From positions 1 through 35,659 of the forward strand of contig CAZDTP010000042.1 of the NCBI GenBank assembly GCA_964508365.1: a stretch of DNA of 35,659 nucleotides, in the 5' to 3' direction. The notes beneath the pieces are model-generated. The model made no database searches. It saw only the letters and a program-made list of their open reading frames with translations, and had not been told where the DNA came from. A program made the position numbers and the translations under genes. Shown here piece by piece: positions 1 through 8,824 of the stretch. Within the stretch, counting starts at the first letter, position 1, and each line of letters begins with the position of its first letter. The DNA is from an uncultured archaeon (GTDB taxonomy: Archaea; Asgardarchaeota; Lokiarchaeia; Sigyniarchaeales; SOKP01).

Positions 1-1050
1 CCCCCATAAATTATGTGCAATTAACCAATGTCCTTGTTCTTCATAGTGCCATTTCCCTATGTTCCCGTCTGCAATTTCTGGACCTAACTCTTCTGCTTTA
101 TTTTGTAGAAAAATCTTATCTATCTGACTAACTTTCTCTTCAAGTTCTTTTTCTGAGTTTGCTTCTACTGTGTAAAACATTGTACCTCTTTTTCTCTTTA
201 AGTTTTCCCATAAGGGAAAAATTCCTTTTTCTGTGCCTACTCTTACTAATAAATCCATAAAGTACATCGAATCGTAAATATCAATCCCTTTACGCCTAAT
301 TTCTGTGAAAATTTTTGCTGATATTTCTTCAGATTTTCGAGGCATGAGAAATGTTTTATAATTCGCAAATGGAGGTTTTGGAAAAATTTGTAATGATGCT
401 TGGGTTTTCACTCCAAAAATACCGTTATCACCACAAAAAAGACTTGAGAAGTCAGGACCGTTTCCGAATCTATTAAACGGAAGTTTTGAATATTTGTTTG
501 CTTGCGAACCTGTTTCAATTATTTCCCCCGTTGGTAGAACGACCTCTAAAGAAACTAATTGATTCGTACATGACCCATATTTAGCACATCCCCCACCTCC
601 AACTGATTGATGAGAAATACCACCTCCAACTGAAGCTGTCAGTCCGGATCCAGGACCTAAACATCCGGTATATAATCCAAAATTGCATAAATAATCGTTC
701 AATTTTCCCCACGATATGCCTGCTTCGACTGTAACGATAAGATTTTCTTGGTCTAAATTAATTACATTGTTCATTCGCTTTAAATCCAAGACAATTCCAT
801 TATCATCAATGGGCTTGCTGCCACCGAATTCGCAGTCTCCACCTCCACGAGGTATCACAGCTATATTCTCCTCGTTAGCAATCTTAAGAATCTCAGAAAC
901 CTCTTGAGCATCCTTTGGTCTTATAACTATCTCTGGTACGCCTTGTAATACTGGATCTACATTCCTCGAATAAGCGTGTCTTACATAAATGCTATTTGAG
1001 ATGTACTTTTTTGAAACTATTCCTTCAAGCTTTTGATATAATTCTGGCAA
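1..1050 (-). CDS. FAD-binding oxidoreductase, VAO/PCMH (GlcD/D-lactate dehydrogenase/alkyl-DHAP synthase-like) family; 3' end runs off the window; missing from the ORF track
   Basis: Manual translation from TTG at 1050 (GAGGA upstream, in-frame TAA 6 nt upstream): MPELYQKLEGIVSKKY...PEIVIRPKDAQEVSEILKIANEENIAVIPRGGG...VLDLKRMNNVINLD...VTVEAGISW...SVGGG...KYG...LEVVLPTGEIIETGS; open to position 1. Confidence 0.9.
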   Translation of the reverse strand, partial: MPELYQKLEGIVSKKYISNSIYVRHAYSRNVDPVLQGVPEIVIRPKDAQEVSEILKIANEENIAVIPRGGGDCEFGGSKPIDDNGIVLDLKRMNNVINLDQENLIVTVEAGISWGKLNDYLCNFGLYTGCLGPGSGLTASVGGGISHQSVGGGGCAKYGSCTNQLVSLEVVLPTGEIIETGSQANKYSKLPFNRFGNGPDFSSLFCGDNGIFGVKTQASLQIFPKPPFANYKTFLMPRKSEEISAKIFTEIRRKGIDIYDSMYFMDLLVRVGTEKGIFPLWENLKRKRGTMFYTVEANSEKELEEKVSQIDKIFLQNKAEELGPEIADGNIGKWHYEEQGHWLIAHNLWG

Positions 1051-1081
1051 GTTTTAAATCCTCAATTTTATGGAATAAAAT

Positions 1082-1091
1082 AATATATATT
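1082..1091. promoter_or_regulatory. Possible bidirectional TATA element between divergent genes
   Basis: Palindrome AATATATATT about 32 nt upstream of the minus-strand start at 1050 and about 55 nt upstream of the plus-strand start near 1146; AT-rich background makes this weak. Confidence 0.3.
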
Positions 1092-1145
1092 GGAAAGCTT
1101 CAACTACTTAAAAGTAACTCAATTATTACTTATGGTTTAAGAAAA

Positions 1146-1727
1146 TTGGGATTGAGTAAAAAATATCTTACTATTACCTTAGCAGTAATAATACTAATAT
1201 TACCATTATTTTTTGGCATTTACACAGAATTCCTCATCATAAATGATTTTACTCTTTTTAGTTTGGCATACTTACTAATAGGATTTGTATTCCTTTTGGT
1301 TTTAGGAAAAGTGATGGAACATTTTATGTTCAAAGGAGTAAGCAAAGAAAATATGAAACAACACGATGTAATTAATGCTTTATTGAATAAGGATGGTAAA
1401 CCCGTCTTATTTATTTTTTTTCCTCTGACTATGATAATGGAGGAATTTATCTTTCGTTATTATCTTATAGGTTTTTTAATTAACCAGTTAAAATTAGAGA
1501 TAATATCAGTAATTTTAATATCGAGCGTCATTTTTTCTCTTTATCATATTCATATCTGGTTCAGGTTTAAAAATTTTAAAATCTTTGTAGCTTATCTTAT
1601 TTCTTCATTTTGCTTAGGAATTTATAATGGTTATATCCTCCTATCACTAGGAATATTTACGTGTATCATAGCTCATTCCATTTTAGTATTTCTATTATAC
1701 TACAACCTTTATAAAAAACTTTCTTAA
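1146..1727 (+). CDS. CPBP/Abi (Rce1-like, CAAX protease type II) intramembrane glutamic endopeptidase
   Basis: EEFIFR motif 1, FSLYH motif 2, AHS motif 4, several TM helices. The track start (996) overlaps the divergent flavoprotein gene, so TTG at 1146 or 1152 is more plausible. Confidence 0.8.
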   Translation: MGLSKKYLTITLAVIILILPLFFGIYTEFLIINDFTLFSLAYLLIGFVFLLVLGKVMEHFMFKGVSKENMKQHDVINALLNKDGKPVLFIFFPLTMIMEEFIFRYYLIGFLINQLKLEIISVILISSVIFSLYHIHIWFRFKNFKIFVAYLISSFCLGIYNGYILLSLGIFTCIIAHSILVFLLYYNLYKKLS

Positions 1728-1779
1728 AGTTCTCTGATTATTTTTTTTATAATTACTTTATTTAATATTAGTTGATATT

Positions 1780-2652
1780 ATGAAATTATTCTTCCGCGAT
1801 TTAACAGAAAAGGATATACCAGCAATTTTAAATATCAGTAAAGATATATGGGAAGGGGATGATTACATACCCGATGTTATAGAAAGATGGTTAAATGAAG
1901 ATGGAAACTTGGCTTATGGTGCTTTTCTTGAGAAAGAAATGAAGGAATTAATTGGACTTGGAAGAGTAAAGATGTTTTCTAATGGAGTAGCTTGGTTAGA
2001 GGGTGGTCGAGTGAAAACATCTCATCAAAAACAAGGAATTGGACGCGATTTGATGAAATATGCTATTGATTACGCAATTCAAGCAGGCGCTAAGGTTGCT
2101 CAATACGATACATCTTCTAGAAATTTTGGTTCGAAATCTTTAGCAAAATTCCACGGATTTAAAGAGAAAAAAAGGATGGAAGTCTTAGAATGTAAAATTG
2201 GAGAGTTAAAACTAAAAAAAAGCGATTTCTCTCAAATACGGAAAATAACTAACGAGGAAGCAAAAAGTAAATATAAAAAAATGGATATTGGCCCTGGAGA
2301 TGAATTAAATATCGGATGGTCATATATACCCTTATCATATTTAGAGGATAAAAATTCATTATGGTTGACTAATTCTGAAGCAATTTTACAAAAGATAGAT
2401 ATCAAGAGCCGAGCTCAACCAGAAAAACCTAGAGAAAATGAAGTATGGATTATAATTTACGGTGATCCATTAGCCGCATGTAAATTAATATCTTATACAT
2501 TAAATTTCGAAATTAATAAAGATAAGATCGATATAGTTGATCTTTACTGTAAGACTGAAGCAGTAAAGTATGTAAAAGAATTAGGGTTTAAAGATGCCTC
2601 TTGGGAAGATGGACCCGTAGCGGTTGTTCTTTTTGAAAAAAAATTAAATTAA
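1780..2652 (+). CDS. GNAT-family N-acetyltransferase with a C-terminal extension
   Basis: WLEGGRVKTSHQKQGIGRDLMKY acetyl-CoA-binding motif A; NFGSKSLAKFHGF motif B-like. Confidence 0.8.
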   Translation: MKLFFRDLTEKDIPAILNISKDIWEGDDYIPDVIERWLNEDGNLAYGAFLEKEMKELIGLGRVKMFSNGVAWLEGGRVKTSHQKQGIGRDLMKYAIDYAIQAGAKVAQYDTSSRNFGSKSLAKFHGFKEKKRMEVLECKIGELKLKKSDFSQIRKITNEEAKSKYKKMDIGPGDELNIGWSYIPLSYLEDKNSLWLTNSEAILQKIDIKSRAQPEKPRENEVWIIIYGDPLAACKLISYTLNFEINKDKIDIVDLYCKTEAVKYVKELGFKDASWEDGPVAVVLFEKKLN

Positions 2653-2673
2653 AATACTAATTTATTGAAAAAT

Positions 2674-2686
2674 AAAAAAAAAAAAA
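2674..2686 (-). terminator. Oligo-T (T13) archaeal terminator of the acyl-CoA ligase gene
   Basis: A13 on the + strand 5 nt past the minus-strand stop at 2692, between convergent genes. Confidence 0.45.
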
Positions 2687-2691
2687 GGAAA

Positions 2692-4422
2692 TTATCTATT
2701 TCTTAAAGCTTTTTTATCAACTTTACCTATTGTAGTTAACGGTAATTGATCTAAAAATTCAATGATTTTCGGAACTTTATATTTTGCTAAATTGTCTTGA
2801 GCATATTTTAAAATATCTGCTTTAACTTCTTCTGAAGCTTGGTATCCTTCCTTAAGCAGCACATACAATTTAACTATTTCTGAACCTGGACGATCTGAGT
2901 CAGGGATTCCAACGGTTGAACATAACTCAATTGCGGGATGCTTATTCATCTTATCGTCAACTTCAACACTAAATACTTTAAATCCACTTACAATTATCAT
3001 GTCTTTTGTTCGATCAACTATTGTAAGATATCCATCCTCATCCATCACACCTACATCACCAGAATAAAACCAACCATCTACAAGAGCATTTTGTGTTTCT
3101 TTTGGTTTATTCCAATATCCTTTAAATATTTGAGGTCCTCTAATAGCAATCTCACCTGGTGTCTCTAGAGGAACTTCCTTATTTCGGTCAGTAACATCTA
3201 CTAATTTTACTTCCGTGTTAGGAAACGGAACTCCTACAGTTCCGATTTTCTTCTCTCCAAGATAAGGGTTCATAGTTACTCCTGGAGATGCCTCTGTCAT
3301 TCCATAAGCTTCTACAATTTTTCCTCGACCTACAACATCTTCAAATTCATTTATACTTTTAGTAGGGAAAGGAGCTGCGCCAGATATATATCCTATCACA
3401 GAACTTAAATCTAATTTTTTAAATTTCCGATTTTTTAGAAGCATCATATAAAGAGTTGGAACATTATACATTAATGCAATTTTTCCTTCATATTCTTTCA
3501 TTTTACCAGTCATATAATTTGTATCTCGTGGATCAGGAACTAAAATTTGAGCGCAACCCATAAAAGTGCTCTGAAGGCAAAATTGTAAACCCGCCAAATG
3601 GAAAAAAGGAAATCCAGACATGTAAATGTCTTCACCGGGATTAGCACTAGGTTCAAACCAATGAAATACTATTTGCATTAAATGTATTAAATTTCGATGA
3701 GTTAGTATTGCCCCTTTAGGAGGACCAGTCGTTCCACCAGTATATTGAAGTAATAAAACATCTTCCGGACCTATTACAACATTAGGTGATTTATCGTTTG
3801 GATATTTCTCCACAATATCTTTATAGGCAAAATATTTTATGCTATTAATTGGTTCAACTTTTCCATAGGGAATTTTCCCTATTTTAATTAATTGTTCTTT
3901 CATAGAGGGTTCTAAATCCAAAACATCAGCTACATTAGTAGTGATCACAATTTTTACATCTGTGTCCTTCGTTTGGAGCGCTTCTCTTACTTTTTCTTCG
4001 TAAAAAGAGTCAACAGTAATTATCGCAACCGCTCCGCTGTCTTTTAATTGATACCTTATTTCACTTGGCTGCAATAAAAAGTTCATCCCTGAAGCAGCAC
4101 ATCCTGCGTAAAAAGTTCCAAATAGCGCAATAATAAATTGGGGAAGATTTGGTAAATTTATTACAACGCGTTCTCCTTTTTTTACACCATTCTCAACAAG
4201 AAAGTTAGCAAAACTGTTAATATATTTTTCTGCTTCTTTATAAGTCGCACAAGAACCTTGAAAATCGTAACATAAACTATTGGGGTACTTAATAACCGTA
4301 CGTTTCATCATTTCTGCTACAGAATAATACTCTAGATCAATTTTTGGTTTTACATGAGCATCGTAAGATTTAAGCCATATTTTTTCCGAATACGGACTAT
4401 TTTTGGCATTTTTGTTATTCAT
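2692..4422 (-). CDS. fadD: Long-chain fatty acid--CoA ligase (AMP-forming, FadD-like)
   Basis: LQYTGGTTGPPKG AMP-binding motif, SGAAP, EAYGMTE, WFYSGD, DRTKDMIIVSG, KVDKKAL. Confidence 0.9.
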   Translation of the reverse strand: MNNKNAKNSPYSEKIWLKSYDAHVKPKIDLEYYSVAEMMKRTVIKYPNSLCYDFQGSCATYKEAEKYINSFANFLVENGVKKGERVVINLPNLPQFIIALFGTFYAGCAASGMNFLLQPSEIRYQLKDSGAVAIITVDSFYEEKVREALQTKDTDVKIVITTNVADVLDLEPSMKEQLIKIGKIPYGKVEPINSIKYFAYKDIVEKYPNDKSPNVVIGPEDVLLLQYTGGTTGPPKGAILTHRNLIHLMQIVFHWFEPSANPGEDIYMSGFPFFHLAGLQFCLQSTFMGCAQILVPDPRDTNYMTGKMKEYEGKIALMYNVPTLYMMLLKNRKFKKLDLSSVIGYISGAAPFPTKSINEFEDVVGRGKIVEAYGMTEASPGVTMNPYLGEKKIGTVGVPFPNTEVKLVDVTDRNKEVPLETPGEIAIRGPQIFKGYWNKPKETQNALVDGWFYSGDVGVMDEDGYLTIVDRTKDMIIVSGFKVFSVEVDDKMNKHPAIELCSTVGIPDSDRPGSEIVKLYVLLKEGYQASEEVKADILKYAQDNLAKYKVPKIIEFLDQLPLTTIGKVDKKALRNR

Positions 4423-4684
4423 TTTTTATCAAATTTTAATATTATTTCAGTATAATAAACGAAATTCGGTAATTACTTTATTGTCACAACAATATTTAAA
4501 ATTAATCATCAGATATCTTCCACTAACAGTCACAATAGTTAATATCGGGAAAGCTTATTGAATAAATAAATAAAAACTTGAATTAAGATATTATAATCTT
4601 TTAGATCATCATTAACTCATTTAATCTATCAAAATCCTCTTTAAAATGAGATAATCTTTGTAATTTATAGTAAAAAAAAGAATT

Positions 4685-4695
4685 AAAAAAAAAAA
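4685..4695 (-). terminator. Oligo-T (T11) terminator
   Basis: A11 on + immediately after the minus-strand stop at 4696. Confidence 0.4.
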
Positions 4696-5229
4696 TTAGT
4701 ATTGTTCTGCTTCAACTTTAGTAGATTTGTATCCTTTTCCACAATACACACAATAAGCAAGTCCAATTTCTCTCAATTGTTCAAGCATTCTCTCGGTATA
4801 TTGACTCCCACACTCACTGCAAAACACAGCATCAGGCTGTACGATTAGAATTTCTTTTTGCATTGGTTTAATAATCTCTTGTTCCTCATAAGAATTTTGA
4901 GGAGCTTCTGGTTGCTCGCAACATTTTTTATCAGAAGGTTCCTTGATAGGTTTAGGTTTACCAGAAATCCCATAATAGATTTCTTCAAGGAGCTTATAAA
5001 GTCCAACGAATATTCCTTTTAGTAAAAGAAATACTCCTTTTAGTATATAGTAAATTAAATAAGCTACACCTTTAAGGATATAATATACAATTATTACTGA
5101 TAGGATTAGCACTCCAACTGCGAACATTATTACGAAAACTTGAGAATAGATGGGTAGAGCCAAAAACCAAGCCATAAACTCTTGTAAATACAAAAGAGCA
5201 CGATCTGCGATTTGTTCCCAATCAACCAT
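4696..5229 (-). CDS. Hypothetical membrane protein with a C-terminal CxxC...CxxC zinc ribbon
   Basis: Long hydrophobic helix (about res 20-80), charged linker, FCSECG...YCVYCG. Confidence 0.75.
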   Translation of the reverse strand: MVDWEQIADRALLYLQEFMAWFLALPIYSQVFVIMFAVGVLILSVIIVYYILKGVAYLIYYILKGVFLLLKGIFVGLYKLLEEIYYGISGKPKPIKEPSDKKCCEQPEAPQNSYEEQEIIKPMQKEILIVQPDAVFCSECGSQYTERMLEQLREIGLAYCVYCGKGYKSTKVEAEQY

Positions 5230-5364
5230 TTTTCATCACTTCGTTAATTCATTTTTATTAATAATATTTTAATTAAAAGAAGGCTAAAGTCGATTATAAA
5301 AAAAATGGAGTCCAGTTTTTAGATTTATTCTAAAAAGAATAAAATTGAAAGATATTATTAAACG

Positions 5365-6777
5365 TTAAATTTCGGTATTTTTATTCAGATTTTTATTTGA
5401 TTTACTGAAATCATACATAAATTTAAACGCCTTTATTGCGTGACTTATCTGAGTCATTATTGGAATTTTATATTTATACGAATGTTTTAAAAAGTATTCA
5501 ACAACCCAACGGGAACCAAAAACGCAAGTAATAACAGGTTTATTCAGCTTAGTTGAAAGATTTCTCATATCCCTCAAGAGTGGTGTTACAGGTAAGGAAA
5601 AGGTTTCTATAGGTTTTTGAGGGACAGCGAAAATGTGTAATAAGGCATCTACTTGCTCATCGTTTAGTACTGCTTTTAACGATTTACTAAAGGTCATAAA
5701 TAATGAAGGTCCCAAGTCGACAGGATTCTTCAAAGAAGTCCAATTGGGTGAGAAAGATTTCAACTCCTTAATGGTTGGTTCATTTAAAACTGCAAGTTTT
5801 AGCCCTAACCTTTCAATTTCGTCGCATGCTAATATTCCTAAACTCCCAGAAGATGTAACTATTGCAATGTTCTTTCCTTTAGGTAGGGGTTGAGTAGCAA
5901 ATACCTGAGCAATATCAAACATCTCGTAAAAATTATTTACGCGATAAATACCGGAATATTGTTTGAAAATCGCATCGTAAATTTTATCGTCTCCCGCGAT
6001 AGAGCCAGTGTGACTCTTTATCGCTTTCGAACCAATTTCGCTGCGACCATTTTTTAGAATTAGTACTGGTTTAGTCAATTTTTTTAATATTTCGATTAAT
6101 TTTGGTCCTCGTTTCACGCCTTCTAAATAAACTGTTATTACATTTGTATTCGTATCCTTCTCAAGATATTCCAGCATATCAATCTCATCAACATCAACTT
6201 TATTTCCAAGAGTTATAGTTTTCGAAAAACCAATTTTTTGACTTGCGGACCAATCAACAAATATATTTCCTAACACTCCTGACTGAGCGATAATAGAAAT
6301 AGTGCCCCCTTCTATAGATTGATTAAAATCTACTTCTGTGGTTGTAAATTTGTTGTTAAAATTAGTAACACCCACGCAATTAGGGCCAATTATTCTTACA
6401 TTCGACTTTTTAGCAATTAGCTCTATTTCTTCTTGAACTTTGACAAATTTTTCGATACCCGTTTCAGCAAAGCCCGCAGTTTCTATAATTATTCCTTTAA
6501 CGCCTTTTTTGACAGAATCCTTCACTATTTGAAGCACATTTTCATTCTTTACTACGACAATTGCCAATTCGACATAATCAGGTATATCATTAATATTTTT
6601 GAACACTTTATGACCAAAAATAATATCTTTATTGATATTAACCGGATATGTTTTAAAATTCGAATTCAATAAATAATTTGTCATAGTATAACCAAATTTG
6701 AAAGTCTCTGAGGCGCCTATAATAGCGATAGATTTAGGATTAAAGAAAACATCCATATCAGTTATTTGATCGCTCAT
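5365..6777 (-). CDS. Acyl-CoA synthetase (NDP-forming) alpha subunit, AcdA-like, without an ATP-grasp domain
   Basis: FFNPKSIAIIGAS CoA-binding start, IIGPNCVG, AQSG, GNKVDVDE, phospho-His motif SHTGSIAG, TSSGSLG ligase domain. Confidence 0.9.
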   Translation of the reverse strand: MSDQITDMDVFFNPKSIAIIGASETFKFGYTMTNYLLNSNFKTYPVNINKDIIFGHKVFKNINDIPDYVELAIVVVKNENVLQIVKDSVKKGVKGIIIETAGFAETGIEKFVKVQEEIELIAKKSNVRIIGPNCVGVTNFNNKFTTTEVDFNQSIEGGTISIIAQSGVLGNIFVDWSASQKIGFSKTITLGNKVDVDEIDMLEYLEKDTNTNVITVYLEGVKRGPKLIEILKKLTKPVLILKNGRSEIGSKAIKSHTGSIAGDDKIYDAIFKQYSGIYRVNNFYEMFDIAQVFATQPLPKGKNIAIVTSSGSLGILACDEIERLGLKLAVLNEPTIKELKSFSPNWTSLKNPVDLGPSLFMTFSKSLKAVLNDEQVDALLHIFAVPQKPIETFSLPVTPLLRDMRNLSTKLNKPVITCVFGSRWVVEYFLKHSYKYKIPIMTQISHAIKAFKFMYDFSKSNKNLNKNTEI

Positions 6778-6804
6778 AATTTAATTTGTCCCTTTGAAAA
6801 GAAT

Positions 6805-6812
6805 ATATAAAA
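6805..6812 (-). promoter_or_regulatory. Candidate TATA box for a (near-)leaderless acdA-like transcript
   Basis: TTTATATA on the minus strand about 28 nt upstream of ATG 6777, the usual archaeal TATA-to-TSS distance. Confidence 0.3.
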
Positions 6813-6945
6813 GATTATGATCTATTGAACTTAAAATTTAGTTTCGAAGGTTGAAACTATATTGTTTTCGAAATTAGGGGTATTTATATTCTAAGATTTA
6901 AATAAATTGTAAGACGAAAAATTTAATTTGTTTTTTAAAAATTGT

Positions 6946-7503
6946 ATGGAAGCTATAACAGTTAATAGATATGTTCAAGTTATTTGTCCTGTGTGTAAAG
7001 CACAGAACACGGTACGAATTCCTAAATCCGTAATTAACCACGCCTCGCAGTTAACTACCGTCTCTGTTCCTAAAGGTGAAATCTGTCCACATCACTTCCA
7101 ATTATTTCTAGATAAAAATTTTGCAATAAGGGGATACCAAAAAGTAGATTTCCAATTAAACCATGATGAGACCGATAAGCAAGATAAGTTTGATTCTAAA
7201 AACCACTTTGTTAACAGTTTAGAGCTCTATAATTCCAATATTTTAGATAAGAATAAACCTAAAACTATACCAAGAAAGCCAGATATTTATAAAGTTAAGA
7301 AATTTGTTGATATAAAAACTAGGATTAAATCTACAATGACTTTAAATGAAATTTACGATGAATTTTGGGAATTTATTGACGAAAATAATGAAATCTTTCG
7401 AAAATTCATTCTAAAAGATAAAAGAAGAAGGCTAATTTTAGGTATGAATGACCTAACGCAAAAAACTGAACATCGTTTACTTGAAATTTCTCCTAAAAAT
7501 TGA
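6946..7503 (+). CDS. Hypothetical protein with an N-terminal putative metal-binding domain (CPxC...CxHH)
   Basis: VQVICPVCKAQNTVRIPK...GEICPHHFQLFLDKNFAIRGYQKVDF. ATG 6946 is preferred over the track's TTG 6928 (same frame). Confidence 0.75.
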   Translation: MEAITVNRYVQVICPVCKAQNTVRIPKSVINHASQLTTVSVPKGEICPHHFQLFLDKNFAIRGYQKVDFQLNHDETDKQDKFDSKNHFVNSLELYNSNILDKNKPKTIPRKPDIYKVKKFVDIKTRIKSTMTLNEIYDEFWEFIDENNEIFRKFILKDKRRRLILGMNDLTQKTEHRLLEISPKN

Positions 7504-7612
7504 ATTATTGATAATTAAGGTAATAAGTTTTTTATTAAATTAGTCTATATATCTCTTAGTTAGTTATCAATTCTTTAAGTTCATAAAGAATCTCACGTGC
7601 GAGCTCAGCTTA

Positions 7613-8764
7613 ATGACTATAAGTAGTCTAATTCAAAAAGAATTTAATAGAATCAAAAGTGACAAGAGAACTCTAATTTTATTGTTCACAATCCCAATGT
7701 TATTAATTGTAATTTTTGGACTAACTACTGGTGTCGGTCCTACTAAATTTTTTACAGCGGCAATCATAAGCTGTGATGAAATGCCTACTTACGATGATTT
7801 TCCCTCAAATTCTACCGAATTTGATAACGTTTTTATCTCGATAATAGAGCATAATTCAACAACATGGGACCTTCATAGTCAGTATAATTCCACGAATATT
7901 GAAGAATATTACCAAGCTTTTAATCGCTGTTTGTATTTGTTAAAAAACGAGCTTATAGATGTTTTCATTATACTTCCACCAAATTTTTCAGAGTCGATTG
8001 CATACAACTTTAATCCTGTATTAATCTATTACATCGATGGTTCTGACTCTAGCGCTGTTGGTGCGATAGAAGTTACAATCCAGGAACCACTCGCTTTATT
8101 TAGGGTAGAAATAAACATGATAGAAAATTTTACTATAATGGTCCCTCACCTGGAATTTGGTGTACCATCGTGGGAATCTCAATTATTAAACTATGCATTA
8201 TCTCTTATTTTACCAATTATTATAGTTGGAACTACTATGAACCTTACATCCTTATCTATTGTTTCAGAGGGTCCACTCCCAAGGATGCTTATAACTCCAA
8301 CAGCAAAAAGAGATATAATTTTCAGTAAGCTAATAGCAAACATAGTAGTAATGTTTATGCAAGCCACAGAAATATTCATTATGACCTCATTTTTTGGTTT
8401 GTATAGCTTAGGCTCACTATTTGATTTCTATCTAGTGTTAATGTTGATTGGGTTTACTGGAGTAGCTATAGGTTTATTTATTTCAGCGATTAGTCCAACG
8501 GAACAGGGAGCTAATCAGATGTATCTAATGATGTTTATCGTCATTATTATTTTCTCAGGAACTTTATTATCCGCAGAATCCTTAGGAGGAGCAAAATTCC
8601 TTGCCGATTTTCTACCGTTAAGTCATGCTTCAGTATTGATTACTGATATCACTCTAAGAGGATTACCACTAAATTTAGAACATGTGTTTTCTATGCTAAT
8701 GATTTCTTTAGTCTTTCTAACTTTTGCCTACATTGCTTATAAATTTAAAAAACTGGAGGTATAG
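7613..8764 (+). CDS. ABC-2 type permease with a large extracellular loop (YhhJ/ABCA-like)
   Basis: KEFNRIKSDKRTLILLFTIP N-terminus, 1 TM + ECD + 5 TM, ITP..K.DII.SK motif, PLSHA; several N-x-S/T sequons in the ECD. Confidence 0.9.
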   Translation: MTISSLIQKEFNRIKSDKRTLILLFTIPMLLIVIFGLTTGVGPTKFFTAAIISCDEMPTYDDFPSNSTEFDNVFISIIEHNSTTWDLHSQYNSTNIEEYYQAFNRCLYLLKNELIDVFIILPPNFSESIAYNFNPVLIYYIDGSDSSAVGAIEVTIQEPLALFRVEINMIENFTIMVPHLEFGVPSWESQLLNYALSLILPIIIVGTTMNLTSLSIVSEGPLPRMLITPTAKRDIIFSKLIANIVVMFMQATEIFIMTSFFGLYSLGSLFDFYLVLMLIGFTGVAIGLFISAISPTEQGANQMYLMMFIVIIIFSGTLLSAESLGGAKFLADFLPLSHASVLITDITLRGLPLNLEHVFSMLMISLVFLTFAYIAYKFKKLEV

Positions 8765-8824
8765 ATAATCATTAGAAGAGATAAAAAATCCAAACGAGCT
8801 TCAGGTGGAGAAAATGGTAAGAAA

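Noticed and set aside
716-907. 63-aa + strand ORF
   Set aside because: Antisense shadow of the 1-1050 flavoprotein gene
996-1145. N-terminal 50 aa of the tracked CPBP ORF
   Set aside because: Overlaps the start and promoter region of the divergent gene; no family features
7590-7610. GC-rich CTCACGTGCGAGCTC before the ABC operon as an operator
   Set aside because: Only 6-bp palindromes (CACGTG, GAGCTC), no second copy found
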